A stretch of 64,000 nt of DNA from Octopus vulgaris (GCA_951406725.2 OX597822.1:47430001-47494000); one strand, 5' to 3'. Positions 1-14,288 are shown, counted from the first letter of the stretch. Notes: generated by a model not told the origin, from the letters alone. Made by a program: numbers and translations.

Positions 1-285
1 TCACGTGCCACGGGCATTAGTAACAAACAATTTCCTACTAAAGAATTCTTTCAAAGTTTGGCCCAATGCCAGCAATCTCAAAGGGAGAGGGACAAATGAT
101 GACATCATTCAAGGGCTTGACCAGTATTTTATTCTATCATCCCCGAAAAGGCAAAGTCTACTTTGGGTAGATTTGAACTCAGAATGTAAAGAGCTGAAAT
201 AAATGCAGCTTTGCATTTTGGCCAATAAACTAACAACTCTAGCAGCTCATTACCTTAATTTCCTACTAATATAATAAAAAAATTG

Positions 286-690
286 CGTGTGTGGTAAATA
301 GCTTGCTTACCAATCACATGGTTCCGGGTTCAGTCCCACTGCATGGCATCTTGGGCAAGTGTCTTTCACTATAGCCTCAAGCTGACCAAAGATTTGGTAG
401 ATGGAAACTGAAAGAAGCCTGTCGTATATATGTGTATATATATATATATATATACATGTATGTATGTGTATATGTTTGTGAGTGTGTGTTTGTCGCCCTA
501 ACATCGCTTGACAACCGATGGTGGTGTGTTTACATCCCTGTAACTTAGCAGTTCAGCAAAAGAGACCTATAGAATAAGTACTAGGCTTACAAAGAATAAG
601 TCCTGGGGGTCAATTTGTTCGACTAAAGGCAGTGCTCCAGCATGGCCACAGTTAAATGGTTGAAACAAGTAAAAGAGTAAAAGAGCATAA
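286..690 (+). mobile_element. tRNA-derived SINE of the common octopus type (head, internal microsatellite, tail)
   Basis: Head GTGTGGTAAATAGCTTGCTTACC...GGTTCCGGGTTCAGTCCC (A/B-box-like). Central (TA)/(TG) tract. Tail AACATCGCTTGACAACCGATG...GCTCCAGCATGGCCACAGT...GAAACAAGTAAAAGAG. Recurs at about 13531/15090, 23530(-), 29740(-), 34330-34960(-), 40450-40740(-), 51610, 57120(-), 61830(-) and 62955(-). Confidence 0.85.
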
Positions 691-815
691 TTAACCAAAA
701 GCCAAACATATATAAACAACAGTGTAAAACATGTCAGGCCAAGTGAAATTGCTTGAGAGGACTCGTCCGACCAATTTGAATTGTAGTCATGGACAGTACT
801 GGTCACATGTAAAAG

Positions 816-847
<32 letters not shown>

Positions 848-1612
848 AATGGAACAAAAATGCAATAGAAGACATTAAAACATTTGGACAGATAGATGAT
901 ACAAAGGCGGACAAGAGAAACAACAATTAGAAGGACAGGCAAAAAAGACGGGTCGTTTGTGGCTTTCTTTCTTCAGTCAAGTCCCAAAAGTCACGACCAT
1001 TTCAGACAGTTACATTTGAAATGGTTCGATCTGGTTGCCCCCCAAAAAGTCTAAGCTAAGAGCATTAGGCCCCCTTGTAAGAAAACTAGCGAATGTGTAC
1101 AGTAAGAAAAAAAAAAAATTTTTTTTAAAAACGGAGAGCATGGTACAGAATTACAAATACAAGAAATAACAACAGGCATCTTTCAACTGAGAACAAATCA
1201 AATTGAGCTGGCTTGTACAAAGTGAAAACCTGAAGGCAGGAACATGAGAGGTATATATGCATTTATACCTTGCTACACACACACATATATATGTACACAT
1301 ACATTCACACAAACATATACATACATACATATATGCACATTATCATTACAACACTGTGTTACATTCCAGCATCATCTAGTCTACTCCCCTTTACTCAACA
1401 CACCAAAACTATTCCAACCTGTTCTTAAACAGGCTAGTTTGCCTTCAGTACACCCACCTCTGTTGCTAACTGAGTCTCCATCTCTTGGGTATTAGAAGCT
1501 ACCAACTATTACTTAAGAGCCATTTAGGCATTTGACAGAATCTAGTTTGCACGTGCTTTTGGTGCTTATGCTTCTGTACACACACACACACAAGGCTGTG
1601 GATGGTAAAGAA

Positions 1613-2140
1613 TCATCATCATCATCATCATCATCATTTAATGTCCGTTTTCCATGCTGGCATGGGTTGGACAGTTTGACTGGGGTCTGGGAAACCAGGA
1701 GGTTGCACCAGGGTCTAGTCTGATCTGGCAGTGTTTCTACAGCTGGATGCCCTTCCTATTGCTAACCACTACAAGAGTGTAGTGGGTGCTTTTTACGTGC
1801 CACTGGCACAGAGGCTAGAGGAGGCTGGCAACTACCATGATCGGTTGGTGCTTTTTTTACGTGCCACCAGCACAGAAGCCAGTCAAGGTGGTGCTAGCAT
1901 CGGCCACACTTGGATGGATACCTTTTACGTGCCACCAGCACGGGGATCACAACAACAATTTCCATTTGATTTTGATGTACTTGATTCAATAGGTCTCCTC
2001 AACCACAACATGTTGCCCTAAGATCCAAGGTACTTTTGAGTGGGCTGGGGCTGGTTATGCAACACTGGTGTAGGTACAGCTGTGAACTCACTTTATTTGC
2101 CGGGTCTTCGCAGTCACAGCATATCTCCAGAGGTCTCGGT
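1613..2140 (-). mobile_element. 5'-truncated 3'-UTR copy of the RTE-type LINE, with (GAT)n tail
   Basis: Reverse complement matches 44190-44690: GGTGCTTTTTACGTGCCACC sub-repeats, CCAGCATGGAAAACGGACATTAAA followed by (TGA)n. Further copies at about 18770-19080(+), 46515-46800(-) and 52100-52620(-). Confidence 0.8.
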
Positions 2141-2574
2141 CTTCAACAATCAAGACCTGCACAACCAACTGTAGAAAATCCCTAATCTTTTATATATCAT
2201 CATACGACTAATGTCCTCTTTTACAAACTTGCATAGGTTGGATGGAATTTATTGAGACAGATTTTTTATAACCAGATGCCCTTCACGTCACCAACCCTCA
2301 ATTGTTTCCAAGTAAGGTAGCATATCTTCATGGCTAGGCATGTTTTCACTGAGCATTTGCTATGAATGACATTCATTTACAACAATCGTGCAAAGTCAAG
2401 ACAAGGAGACACAGATGCACACACACACACACACACATGCATACATATATACACAATGGGTTTCTTTTCAGTTTCTGGCTGCCAAATCCACTCACAGTGC
2501 TTTAGTCGGTCTAAGGCTTTAACAGAAGACAATTGCACAAAGTGTTATATACTAGGATTCAACCCAAAACCATA

Positions 2575-2640
<66 letters not shown>

Positions 2641-2744
2641 TCATCATCATCATTATTTAACATGTGCTTTCCATATATATATATATTTCGTTTTTGGATT
2701 TGGTTTGCAAGATTCTTCATGTGAGTTTGTGCATTGTTGAAGCA

Positions 2745-2902
2745 TATTCTGTTGTGTCTGGGGAGAGTCATTGTCTTTTAGTGCCTTATAATTTAACACA
2801 CTCACTGGTTAGTAAAAAAAAAAAAGAAGTGGAAATTTTACCAGTGAGTGTGTTATTATAAGGCACTAAAAGAGAATGACTCTCCCCAGACACAACAGAG
2901 TA
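2745..2902. repeat. Fold-back inverted repeat in a (TA)n context
   Basis: TATTCTGTTGTGTCTGGGGAGAGTCATT...CACACTCACTGGT pairs with ACCAGTGAGTGTG...AATGACTCTCCCCAGACACAACAGAGTA. Arms are about 65 bp. Confidence 0.85.
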
Positions 2903-2926
2903 TATATATATATTTAGATATGTCCC

Positions 2927-3180
2927 AGCTATAACCTTGGAGCTCTGGTAATCCATTACAGCACTTACCCATGGTTCTATAACTCATGTCTCAGCTATAA
3001 CCTTGGAGCCCTATATATCCGCTATATTGGAAATCTACAATGGTTCTATAACTCCTGTCTCAGCTATAACCTTGGAGCCCTATATATCCGCTATATCGGA
3101 AATCTACAATGGTTCCATAACTCCCGTCTTGGCTATAACCTTGGAGCCCTGGTGATCTGTTACAGCACTAATCCAGTGTA
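2927..3180. repeat. Minisatellite, about 4 copies of a 65-69 bp unit
   Basis: GCTATAACCTTGGAGC recurs at about 2928, 2994, 3063 and 3132, with related unit bodies. Confidence 0.85.
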
Positions 3181-3889
3181 CCTAGTTGTTTAGGTCACCT
3201 GTGAACTAAAAGCCCCATAAGAAATAATTAAGATTCAGTTGAATTAGGTACTTAAGTTGAAGCACCAAGTCAGTCTGGTATTATCCGCACAGCTTGAAGT
3301 AAGGTGAATAAAATCAAAATAAGCAACAAAATATCAATTAGTGATGCAGTATGACTGTTTCAAGCGGCTTCATTTAATTGAACAATGCAATTAGTACATT
3401 AATTTAAACGCAGTGCTATCTTCAGCTGCACAAAAAATATTTATATGGGATTTCAACAGGCAGGACACATTAATATAACTTTTCTTAAATATTTTAACAG
3501 AGTAAGAAGATGCAAGAAATTCATGTTGTCACTATTGTAGCAAAAGTGGCTAAGAAAATTTTCTTTGAATAGCATGGAGCATAGTGGGGTCATAGGGTTG
3601 TAATTCATTCCCAATTTATTTATCGGTCATAGGGTTGTAAATTCATTTATTTATCTCTTTATCATCTACTAAAATCTGAGACTAGAAGACAGTGTATATT
3701 TAGAATAAAGAACAAGAGTGAGTTGGCAGCTAGCTATTGGTCATAAATGTTATTATAAGTATCCCTTTCCCATCAAAAGAAAAGAAACAGAACTTTAGAA
3801 TGAGTCAATGAGATAGAAGTAACTGCCTAGTCTCAGATTTTAGTAGATGATAAAGAGATAGATAAACTGGAAATGAATTACAACTCTAT

Positions 3890-4595
3890 TGTGTGCTCTT
3901 CTTTGCTGCCATGTCCCACGAATGAACCTTCTTTGGATCAAATAGTGATGAGAAATGGGTTCTCTATAAAAATGTCAAGCACTGAAGACAGCAGGTACGG
4001 AAAGGAGAAACACTAGCACCCCAGGCTAAAGAAGGTCTTCACCCATGTAAAGTGTTGTTATTTGTTTGGTGGGATACAAAAGGTTTAGTTCATTTTTAAC
4101 TTTTAAACCCAAACCAAACAGTAACAAAGGAGATCTACAGAGAGCAGCTTCAGCGGCTTAAGTCAGCACTACAAGAAAAACAATCATCTTTGGTTTCAAG
4201 ATGAAAGCTGTTCTTCCATCAGGATAATGCTAGGCTACATAGCGAGGAGGACATTCCAAAGGCTGGAGCAATCTGAATGGGAAATGATGCCCCACCCACC
4301 ATATTCACCGGACATTGCCTCATTCCATTATCATTTATTCTGTAGACTTCAAAATCATTTGGATGGAAAAAGTATAAATTCTGTACAAGAGATCAAAACA
4401 GTACTGGAATAGTATTTTTCATCATGGACAGGTAAATTTTGGAAGAGGGGCCTTAAAAGTCTACCAGAGAGATGGAAGAGCATCATAGAAAATGAAGGAG
4501 AGTATATTTTAAATTAAAAACAAACATTGTTTATCTTAATTTTCAGAAATAAAAGAGGTATAAAAAAAACTGCATTATTTATAGGCAGACCAAAT
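3890..4595 (+). mobile_element. Mariner transposase relic (catalytic C-terminal half) with right TIR-like end
   Basis: Broken frames give D..DEKWVLYKN, K..LFVWWD, FFHQDNA and HPPYSPDIASFHYHLF (mariner YSPDLAP motif). Contains stops. Confidence 0.85.
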
Positions 4596-4961
4596 ATATA
4601 TACAGATATACACATATATATTGCATATATATACATACATGTATATACATACACACATACACATATATACATACACACATACACATATACATACACATAC
4701 AAGTATAAATATACACATATATATAAATATATATAAACATATATACATACAATATATATAAACATATACACATATAAATATATATACATATAATACACAT
4801 AAATATATACATACAAATATACATACACATATACACATGTAAATATATACATATACACATATATGCATATAAATGCACATATATAGATACATATATGCAT
4901 CTATATATTTATATGTATATATACATATATAGATATATATATACACATATCTACACACATG

Positions 4962-4997
<36 letters not shown>

Positions 4998-5179
4998 TCT
5001 ATATACACATACATATATACACACATACATATATACTTATATATATATATATACACATACAGACTTATATATATACACACACATACACATTGTTTTATCA
5101 GTTTCAGCTCAAAGTTGTGGCCATGTCCAGGGACTGCCATTTTGCTACACAGTTATTATTGAGAGCCTCCTCTGATACG

Positions 5180-6690
5180 TAAGCATTTGGTGAATAGGGG
5201 AGCTTGATGTTGCTACCCTCATTCACACCTCCTGCCGTGAGGTAGGTTCATCTGGGACTTCAGCAGGAAGAGATCCTGTTATGATTTTAAAACACTTACA
5301 TCCTCGTTGTGTATGTCCCTCAAAATCTTTCGGAGAATATTACAAAACTGTGGGCCCCTGAAACCCAGGCTATTGCAATAACTGGTCCTGAAACAACAGC
5401 ATTGCTGGGATCTTAGGCACTGTGCAACGGCAACCTGTTCTGGCATTTGTTTAACTTTCAATGCCAAAATTTGGCACAATTCCTTCCAGACATATATTAC
5501 TGCATACCTCTCCCACCTTTGCTCCAGGGAGTAGAGTCTTAGCTGTTTTAGCCTTTCCCAATAGCTAAGCTGTTGCAATGAGACAATCTTTTTTGTGAAG
5601 CTTCGCTGGTTGCTTCAAGGTCTGCTATTAATTTTACACTGTGGGGTAACCATAGTTGGGAGCTGTAGTCCAGGCGGCTGAGGATGAATGTACTCCAGAG
5701 GACCATTATGGTTTCTTTCTCTCTGGTTCTGAAGGTTCTCAGGATCCAGCCAGCCAGCTTGGAATTTTCCAGCATTAAACTGCATATTATTGTCCTCAGT
5801 CCATCTGTAAATTGAATTCAACTCCTGCTGCAGGTGTACAACATTGTTAGGCTTTTTTATTTTCTGCAAGACTTTCGTATTGTCCGTGTGGCTATCCATG
5901 CAGTGGAGGGCATGAGAGGGCCACTATGAAAAGCAGTGGTCCCAAGACAGTACCCAGTGGAACACCACTCCTATTTGTGTTTTCTCTAAGGTGGCTCCAT
6001 TAGCCACCACTGCCTGACCTATATCTTTCAGAAAGTCATGTAACCACTCTCCAAGTTTTCCAGCGATGCCGAGATCACACAGTTTGTGGCATATCATACA
6101 ATGATCCATTTTATCAAAAGCTTTTGCAAAGTCAAGGTTTATCATGTCCACATTCAAATTGTTGAGTAACTACCTCAACATCAACCATTCGACTAGGTAG
6201 GGTCAGGCAGTTCCTACCTGGTCGAACAACATGCTGGATATCCCTCAGCAAGTTGTTTTTTTAACCCTTTCATTACTAACCTGGCTGAAATTGGCTCTGA
6301 GTACAAATGTCTTATTTTCATAAGTTTTGAATTAAAATCTTCCACCAAACCTTAGTGACAATTAATATTCCTAACACTGGCTGAATGACAACTAAGTTAT
6401 TTTACTAAATTCTTTGTTATATTTAAAGTAATTGAAAGAAATACAGAGCATCTCAAAATAAATACAGTAACAAAAGGGTTAAAGGAATGTGATTAGTTTC
6501 CCTCTGACTATTCATTTCATGACTTTGCTGATGTGTGAAGTCAGAGAGATAGGCCTATCATTTTTGGCATCTGCTCTGCTTCCTCCTTTATGGATTGGGA
6601 ATATTATTCCTTCCTTCAGTTTGCCTGGCAACTTGTCCCAAGTTCTTCATTGGTATTTTTATATCATTTCAGGCAGTTCAGTACTTAGTG
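5180..6690 (-). mobile_element. CR1/L2-like LINE reverse-transcriptase relic
   Basis: Minus-strand frames give RPISLTSHISKVM, LDFAKAFDKMDH, WLHDFLKD, WTEDNNMQFN and LSYWERLKQLRLYSLE. Frameshifted and interrupted by a MITE. Confidence 0.85.
6265..6478. mobile_element. piggyBac-type MITE inserted in the LINE
   Basis: TTAA|CCCTTT...AAAGGG|TTAA termini with a TTAA target duplication. LINE sequence resumes on both sides. Confidence 0.8.
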
Positions 6691-7792
6691 TATCTGGCTC
6701 ACTATTGTTAGGGTGTGAGTTTGATTCCATTGTGTCCTTGAGCAAGACTCTTTATTTCATGTTGCTCCATTCCACTCAGCTGGCAAAAACGAGCTGTGCC
6801 TGTAATTCATAAAGGCCAGCCTTGTCACATTCTGTGTCATGCTGAATTCCCCTGAGAACTGTTATGGGGTATGTGTGATTGTGAAGTGCTCAGCCACTTG
6901 CATGTCAATTACACAAGAAGGCTTTACTGTTGATTGGATCAATGGGAACCCTCGTTGTTGTAACCAATAATTACTTTTTCTCAAATTACAAAATTTTTTT
7001 TTTTTTTTTTTTTTTCACTATTTTGCAAACTTTTTGAAAAATGTTCAATATTTTTCACCTTTTACAGTTTTAAAGTTTTGTCTTAATGGCAATTACTTTT
7101 TGACAGTAAAAAAAAAATTGTCCATAAAAAGTGTGATTTGGTAAAGAAAATGTGGGTACAGGTGTGAAAGTATTCTGAATTAAGTGAACCTGGAAAACTA
7201 CAAGATGCGGAAGCTTAAAAATGTCGATGAGGTTGGAGCTGAGGTTAAAACAATATGGTGCTTTAAGTTTGATTGAAATATAGCCCCTCTTTAGATTCTG
7301 ATTTCTCCACGAAGAAAATTCTATATGCAATTTCTTTCGTCTTTTTTATATCTATACACACATACACAATCATCATCATTTAACGTCCGCTGTCCATGCT
7401 GGCATGGGTTGGACAAAGTTGGACAATATATGTATGTGTGTGTGAGTATATTGTTTGAAGTGGTGTACAAATTTTATATCAATATTTTTATATATTTTAT
7501 AAGATTCTTAAAAAATATTCTGACTACCTAGTTTTTCTATATATATATATATATATATATATGGTAATCTTTCCATACACACAGAGTTTGAATATACATA
7601 TACGTACACATACACAAACACACATTCTTCATGCAATCAAGACTGGTATATGATGAACAGACTGAAGCTTTGAACAAATGAATGAATGAATGAAAAAAAA
7701 CACTACTGTTACTACATGGACGGGAAACAGTTCCCTGTGTAATTCGAACACATATGCCAGCATGTTTATTTAAATTCTCACAAACCTACTGA

Positions 7793-7839
<47 letters not shown>

Positions 7840-8908
7840 GTGTGTGTGTGTGTGGTTTGAGTGATTTAATTGATACATCCCACATTCACACACATTATCC
7901 CTACAATCAGTGAAACAACTCTTCCAGACTCGAAATATGTTACCAACTCTACACGAAAACAAACAGAAGGAAGATTTCAGTTTACAAATGAAGCGATTGT
8001 TGAGAAAAAGAAAGAAAGAACCAAAAAATGAAACTAAAACACTCGAAGTAATCGATTTTCTACGATTTACAACCGCCCCCGCAATATCTTTTTACTGTCC
8101 GAAGTAATGAGAGAGAGAGAGAGGTGGGGGAAGACTGTATGTATGTACATAACGTAGATGAAACTACGGTCCATCGAGAATGACGAGATATAACCATCAA
8201 ATCTTCCTAAAATCACAACCTACGGCCTTAAAATTAAAAAAATATGAAACAGGAAGGCTACATTGGTTGATGCAGTCCTAGATGAATTATGTATGAAGAA
8301 AAAACAAAAGCTGCATATTAACAGCTGGAATGTCTATGGTTTGCTAAATCAAGACCGACCGGGGCCTTAAACAGCAATTAAAAGCTGTGTGGTCTTTCTT
8401 TGCTACATTTGATGCCGAATCAACATGCGAATCATATGCAGCCACTTGGCCTATTAGAAACAGCAGTCAAACTACATTCAAATACCACCTGTCGTATTAA
8501 AAAATGTAGGAACATATTTGTTACTGGTAATCGCTACATACACTAGACCTGAAAATACAAATAAAATAAAACAAAGACGAGATTATAGTTAGAACATCTG
8601 ATCATTTGTTTACTGGATCAGTGATGACTAAGGGACAAAAACAATAACAATCAATCATAGAGGGTGATAGATAGATCGTCTTGATTTGTATGATACACTA
8701 ACCTAAAGACTTGCTAGTGTCCCTAACCAGTTTTAAGGAGACACACACACACACACATACATACATATAAATAGGCCCATATAAACATGGGTCCTCACAC
8801 CCATTCAAACAATAGATTGATGGCAACGGGTAATATCTATTATAGTTCTTTCACTCCTGATGTCCCTTAATTCTCTATCTTTCACTGTATCTCGCTATCA
8901 ATCTTTAT

Positions 8909-8950
<42 letters not shown>

Positions 8951-8965
8951 CTGTCTGTATGTAGG

Positions 8966-9003
<38 letters not shown>

Positions 9004-9926
9004 GGTTCCGTGAGTTAATGTGAAAGTAAGAGTATATTTATGTGCGCTTCGATCTAGCTCTCCCGGGAGGTCTAAGTTACGTAAACAACGACACAAAATA
9101 CACACACACGAACTTGTAAAGCAAAATAAAATTAAAATGGTTTATAAGAAATATCAAATTACCAGTCTTTCTGTATATTCTTATTTCTGAGTTCACACTT
9201 TCCTTCCGATTCTTCCTACACTCTTTTACCCTCGAACTCTTCTGCCTTCTGTTCGTGTCCACTGATTTCGTCACCTTCGATCAGTGTCGAAAGCTTCAAT
9301 CGAACTGCAACGACAGGAGGCGACGATTTTCTTTATAAAGAGCAGATTTCGTCTTCCCCAATCTTCTCCCTTACATTAACTCTTTCTCGTTCTCATACTC
9401 TGTGCCCTTCTCTATCTCATTCTCATACTCTGTACCTCTCTCTCTATTAGATTCCTTGTTTATTCTATCTATTTCTACGCTACCTCTCTGTCTGTCTCTT
9501 CCTTTTCCTCTGCTACTGTCTCACTCGCTTTCTCCTCCTACTCTCGGTTACCCTGTCTCTTTTCTCTCCTACTGTCTCTCTTACTGTTACTTCAACCCTC
9601 GATATTTCCTTTTCATTCTCTCCTTGTTGAAAGGTTTTTTTTCTGCTATTGTTTTCTGTTTTTTCTTATCTCGCTATACACAAGCTTTTCTTCTTCTATT
9701 TCTCTTCTTTCTTTCTGTCATCCTTTAGTCCTTCATTTCAACCACAACCACACACACTCTCTCTCTCTCTCTCTCCCCTTCCTCCTTAAACCTTCTCTAT
9801 TTCTTCCCCCTTAAACCTTCTCTATTTCTTCATCTTCCGCTTTCTCTCTTTCCTTATCGCAAACACATTGCAATGTATCTGCCCCTTATATTCGAAGTTT
9901 TATTAGGTGGTGAAAGTGTTGATTAC

Positions 9927-10165
9927 GAATAAGTTCACCGCCATCAGTTCATCGCAGGAGAATTCACCACCACCAAGTCACCGCGAGGAAAGTTCACCGC
10001 CAGGAAAGTTTACCGAGAAAACACATCCATAGTATCACACCATTAATAAGTAAAAAGTATTTTATTAAGAAAACAGAAAAATTGAAGTTAAAAAATTATG
10101 TCAAAGAATTCGTACGGTGAACTTCTGCGGACATAGAATGAATTGATGACGGTGAACTTACCGGA
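9927..10165. mobile_element. Non-autonomous DNA element/MITE with AAGTTCACCG sub-repeats
   Basis: TAAGTTCACCG at the left and CGGTGAACTTA at the right. A related copy lies at about 11944-12090. Confidence 0.55.
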
Positions 10166-10411
10166 CATAGAAAGTGTTGGGCACTGAAGAATATCTAAAG
10201 CAAAGAGCTCACGGGGCATTGAAACTGGTTCCAAAATATGGATCCGTTGTCTATATTGAGATATTCGATTAAATTAACCGAAATAGCTTGTCATGCAATT
10301 TAATCCTACTTTCGATCAACTGTTTCTATGATACAAAATATTTTAGGCTCAGATTTCCTTTTCACATTTTTAGTGTGCATGTACACACACACACACATGT
10401 ACAGTCTCTCA

Positions 10412-10548
<137 letters not shown>

Positions 10549-10559
10549 GTGTATGTATA

Positions 10560-11200
10560 AGTAGGTTGTTCTGAAAGTAATGCAAAAGAGAGCATAAGAG
10601 CATAATCTTTTCTTTTGTAATAACTGAGAAATCGTTCAGTTTTCACACGGTCGAGTAACCCTACCTTTATATGCAGCTCTTGTTTTCCCTCATTGTCGAC
10701 AAATAATGGGATCCATAACGAACGAAGTGGGAAAGGCCGTACGGCATCCACAGGAAGCTATAGAGTATTTACTGTGATGGCATCGGAAAATGTGTGAAAA
10801 CTGGGTACCTTGGTAGCTGACATCCGATTTGAAGGTGAGAAGGAAGAAGGGTAGAGATCTACTCTGATCCGCTGCAAGCGTTTGAAGTCAATGTAGACGC
10901 GTCGTCCTTCACCTGCAATCTAATGACAGGGAAGGAACCATGGCCGTATGTTTATAATCCGTAAACAAAGGCTTAGTTCATGGAATGGTGCTGTACTTCT
11001 TCTCCAAACCTTAAGCAGTTCAAGAGCCAGCAATCGGCAGAGAAAGTCACGGTGATTGTTTTAATGGATGACAAGGACGCGTGAACAGCAAGTGGTACAT
11101 TGAGAAACTGAAAAAGCTTAGAGGAACCGTTACAAGGAAAATGCTGGATAAGAACCTGAAAACGATCCACAGTCACTACAACAAAGAATGACCAAACTCA
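10560..11200 (+). mobile_element. Degraded mariner relic
   Basis: TIR-like TAGGTTGTTCTGAAAGTAATGCA start. The frame at about 10975-11080 reads SMEWCCTSSP..KQFKSQQSAEKVTVIV.MD, resembling mariner QSMEW...SAGKVM..VFWD. Confidence 0.6.
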
Positions 11201-11811
11201 TCTTTGGCGATATGTAAGGACATGTATGATGTAGAGGGCAAAAAGACCCCCCCCTCTCTCTCTCTCTTTCTCTCTGTCCTATCATGACTCCCCACAGCGG
11301 TATCAAATAACTCATTTCCATTCTTTTTGAAGAAGAATTAAGGATTTCTTTGCATTCATTACAATAGTTATATCTGCGTTAGTGACAGTTGTATATGCTT
11401 TACGAAAAGCCAATATCTTCTGGAGGAGCTATTTGGAGATCAAGGGGTAAAACTCCATAATGAATTGGCATTTGGGTTTATCTTTAATTTTCTTGAACCA
11501 TTCAAAGGTTGCGTTGCTACATACACATTGAATAAGCGGAGGGTTATACAGGGATGACGGTCTATGAGTAGTACATTTCCACTTGTGTGTGTGAGTGTGT
11601 GTGCACGCGCGTCCTCTTTCTCTTTTTGGCCACCTACTTGGTAGCAAGGTTGTAAAAGAAAGCATCTTGTTTTGTTCATCATTCTTTAAATCTTTTTAAG
11701 GTCTTGCAGATTTTTATAGTCCCTGATATCGTGATCATTTGTAGTGTATGAATTAAGCATTTGCATACATACATATACATACATATGTACGTACGTACGC
11801 ACGTATGTATG

Positions 11812-11843
<32 letters not shown>

Positions 11844-12180
11844 TGTATGTATGTATGTATGTATGTATGTATGTATGTATGTATGTGTGTGTGTGTGTAT
11901 GCATGTGTGTGTGTGTGTATGGATGGATGGATGGATGGATTACAGGTAAGTTCACTGCGGAGAAAATTTACCGAGAAAATATATCCATAGTAGCTCACCT
12001 TTAATAGTTAAAAACTATTTTATCGAAAAGCAAAACTAAACAAGCCAAAACAAAAACAAACAGTGAATTGATGAGGTCAACGTACCGGGCATGGTATGTA
12101 TGTATGTATGTATGTATGTATGTATGTATGTATGTATGTATGTATGTATGTATGTATGCATGTATGTATGTATGTATGTT

Positions 12181-13115
12181 ATGTCAGGTCACTTTCGAGT
12201 GCTACGGGTAACATGTAACCCAGTACAACCTGTTGCATGATCGGGTCGTCGGCGACTAAACCGGCAACCCTCACCAAGCAAGCTTGGTGAGGAGGGTGTT
12301 TATTGGACACCCTACGGGATGAAAAACAAAACCCGTCAAAGGGCGGAGGAACTTTGAGAGTCAACGGCCACCTAATAAATGTCTTAGGGCTGTATCATGC
12401 GCAGGGACACAGAAATAATCGGACTGAATACCCGATCGCACGGTTAAACCATTGGGAGTGAAGGACTCCTAGCCTTTGTTAGGGCATCCTTCTAGGAGAA
12501 GGCAGCTCAGGTAACTGGGATAACTCCGACATAAAACCTGCGGCTCAGTGGTTACCGATGATGTTGACTTGTTCTTCTTTTCGGATTATGGCTGCTGTTG
12601 CTTAGTGAGTGGGACTGACTCAGTGCACAGCCTTTCCTCACTTAAAAAAAATCTTCTTGCACAGGCATTGCACGATAACAACATTGATTAAGCTTCGTGC
12701 AATGGCCATACTCGATAACAAGGGGGCAGCCACCATGTATGTATGTATGTATGTAGAAATACCTGGGCTGGTGTCCAGGCGCGCGGTTGGCCCACGGGGA
12801 GTGGGAGGCCCCTTCTCTTGTTGTCACAACATCTCCCTAGGAAAGGGAAACTCCGAGAGAAAACCTGCAACACTGACGATATTCAATGATGTTGACTTGT
12901 TCTTCTTTTCTAGTTTATGCTGTCCGTGTTCAGAGAGTGGGATTGGATTTAGGCAAATCCTTTCCCCACTAAGAAAAACTATCATGCACAGGCATCGCTT
13001 AAAAAAAAAATTAAGACCAACCACAAAAATGGTTGGTCGTACCCTTCGCATCTGTGGGACTTTCGATCAGGCGATGGCAATACTTGAGCACGAATTTCCG
13101 GTCATCACATCATGT
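12181..13115 (+). mobile_element. Two RTE-like 5'-UTR-derived non-autonomous elements in (TATG)n
   Basis: Both carry a CTAGGAGAAGG/CTAGGAAAGGG...AAAACCTGC motif and share GATGTTGACTTGTTCTTCTTTTC. The same motif occurs at about 21160 and 21778. Assignment to RTE is from recalled 5'-UTR motifs. Confidence 0.5.
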
Positions 13116-13667
13116 AGGCATGTATGTATGTATGTATGTATGTATGTATGTATGTATGTATGTATGTATGTATGTATGTATGCATGCATGTATGTATGCG
13201 TGCGTGCGTGCGTGTGTGTGTGTGTATGTATGTATGTATGTATGTATGTATGTATGTATGTATGCATGCATGCATGTGTATGTATGTATGTATGCGTGCG
13301 TGCGTGCGTGCGTGCGTGCGTGTGTGTGTATGTATGTATGTATGTATGCATGCATGCATGTGTGTGTATGTATGCATGTATGTATGCATGCGTGCGTGCG
13401 TGCGTGTGTGTGTGTGTATGTATGTATGTATGTATGTATGTATGTATGTATGTATGCATGCATGCATGCATGTATGTATGTATGTATGTATGTATGTATG
13501 TGTGTATGTATGTATATATGTATGTATGTATAGGCGTAGGAATGGCTGTGTGGTAAGTAGCTTGCTTACGAAGCACATGGTTCCGGATTCAGTCCCACTG
13601 CGTGGCACCTTGGGCAAGTGTCTTCTACTATAGCCTCAGGCCGACCAAAGTTTTGAAAGAAACCCGT

Positions 13668-13726
<59 letters not shown>

Positions 13727-13928
13727 GCAATAATAATTCTCTAAAAGGAATATAGACAGTAACTGCTCGACAACATAAGGGACTAAAGCCATCTGAATAT
13801 GGCTAGGGACAGGGCAGGGTGGTGGGGGTGTTACTGTTGCATTTAGCCCCAGGCGAACATCGACGTCACCAGAAAGGCTCGACACCGTCACGGTGCCCTA
13901 AACCTGCAAAGGGAGGTAATTCCCCGAT

Positions 13929-14002
13929 GAAGCGGAAACCACACACGGACCATGGTTTCAAGGTGTATTGCCTATCATCGGCGTGTGGTAGGCCTCCGCT
14001 TC
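13929..14002 (-). ncRNA. Type I hammerhead ribozyme, copy 1
   Basis: Reverse complement of the motif at 14750-14823. Confidence 0.8.
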
Positions 14003-14288
14003 CTCGACGAATTCTCTCTCTGCAGGATTTTCTTATATAGATTTTCAAGCAAAATACATTTGCTGATTTCGAAAATCTGTTCGAAAGCAATAATAATTCT
14101 CTAAAAGGAATATAGACAGTAACTGCTCGACAACATAAGGGACTAAAGCCATCTGAATATGGCTAGGGACAGGGCAGGGTGGTGGGGGTGTTACTGTTGC
14201 ATTTAGCCCCAGGCGAACATCGACGTCACCAGAAAGGCTCGACACCGTCACGGTGCCCTAAACCTGCAAAGGGAGGTAATTCCCCGAT

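Noticed and set aside
286-360. tRNA-like heads of SINEs as tRNA genes
   Set aside because: A/B-box-like motifs are present, but there is no complete cloverleaf and they continue into SINE bodies.
945-985. Minus-strand CTGAAGA...CAAAC...GTC hammerhead-like string
   Set aside because: GAAA is not intact, and stems I and II do not pair.
4514-5182. Long ORFs rich in YI/CV/HT/MYVC (also about 13033-13633, 28955-29615, 48085-48631, 58038-58506 and others)
   Set aside because: They are translations of (TA)n, (CA)n and (TATG)n microsatellites, not proteins.
12609-13556. 315-aa ORF
   Set aside because: Chance read-through of repeat UTR sequence into a microsatellite, with no domain content.
13924-13950. 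CCGATGA-AGCG-GAAAC on the strand opposite the called hammerhead (a possible second, ambisense ribozyme)
   Set aside because: No stem II, no UH cleavage triplet after a stem III, and no stem I could be formed. It is the complement of the stem I extension.
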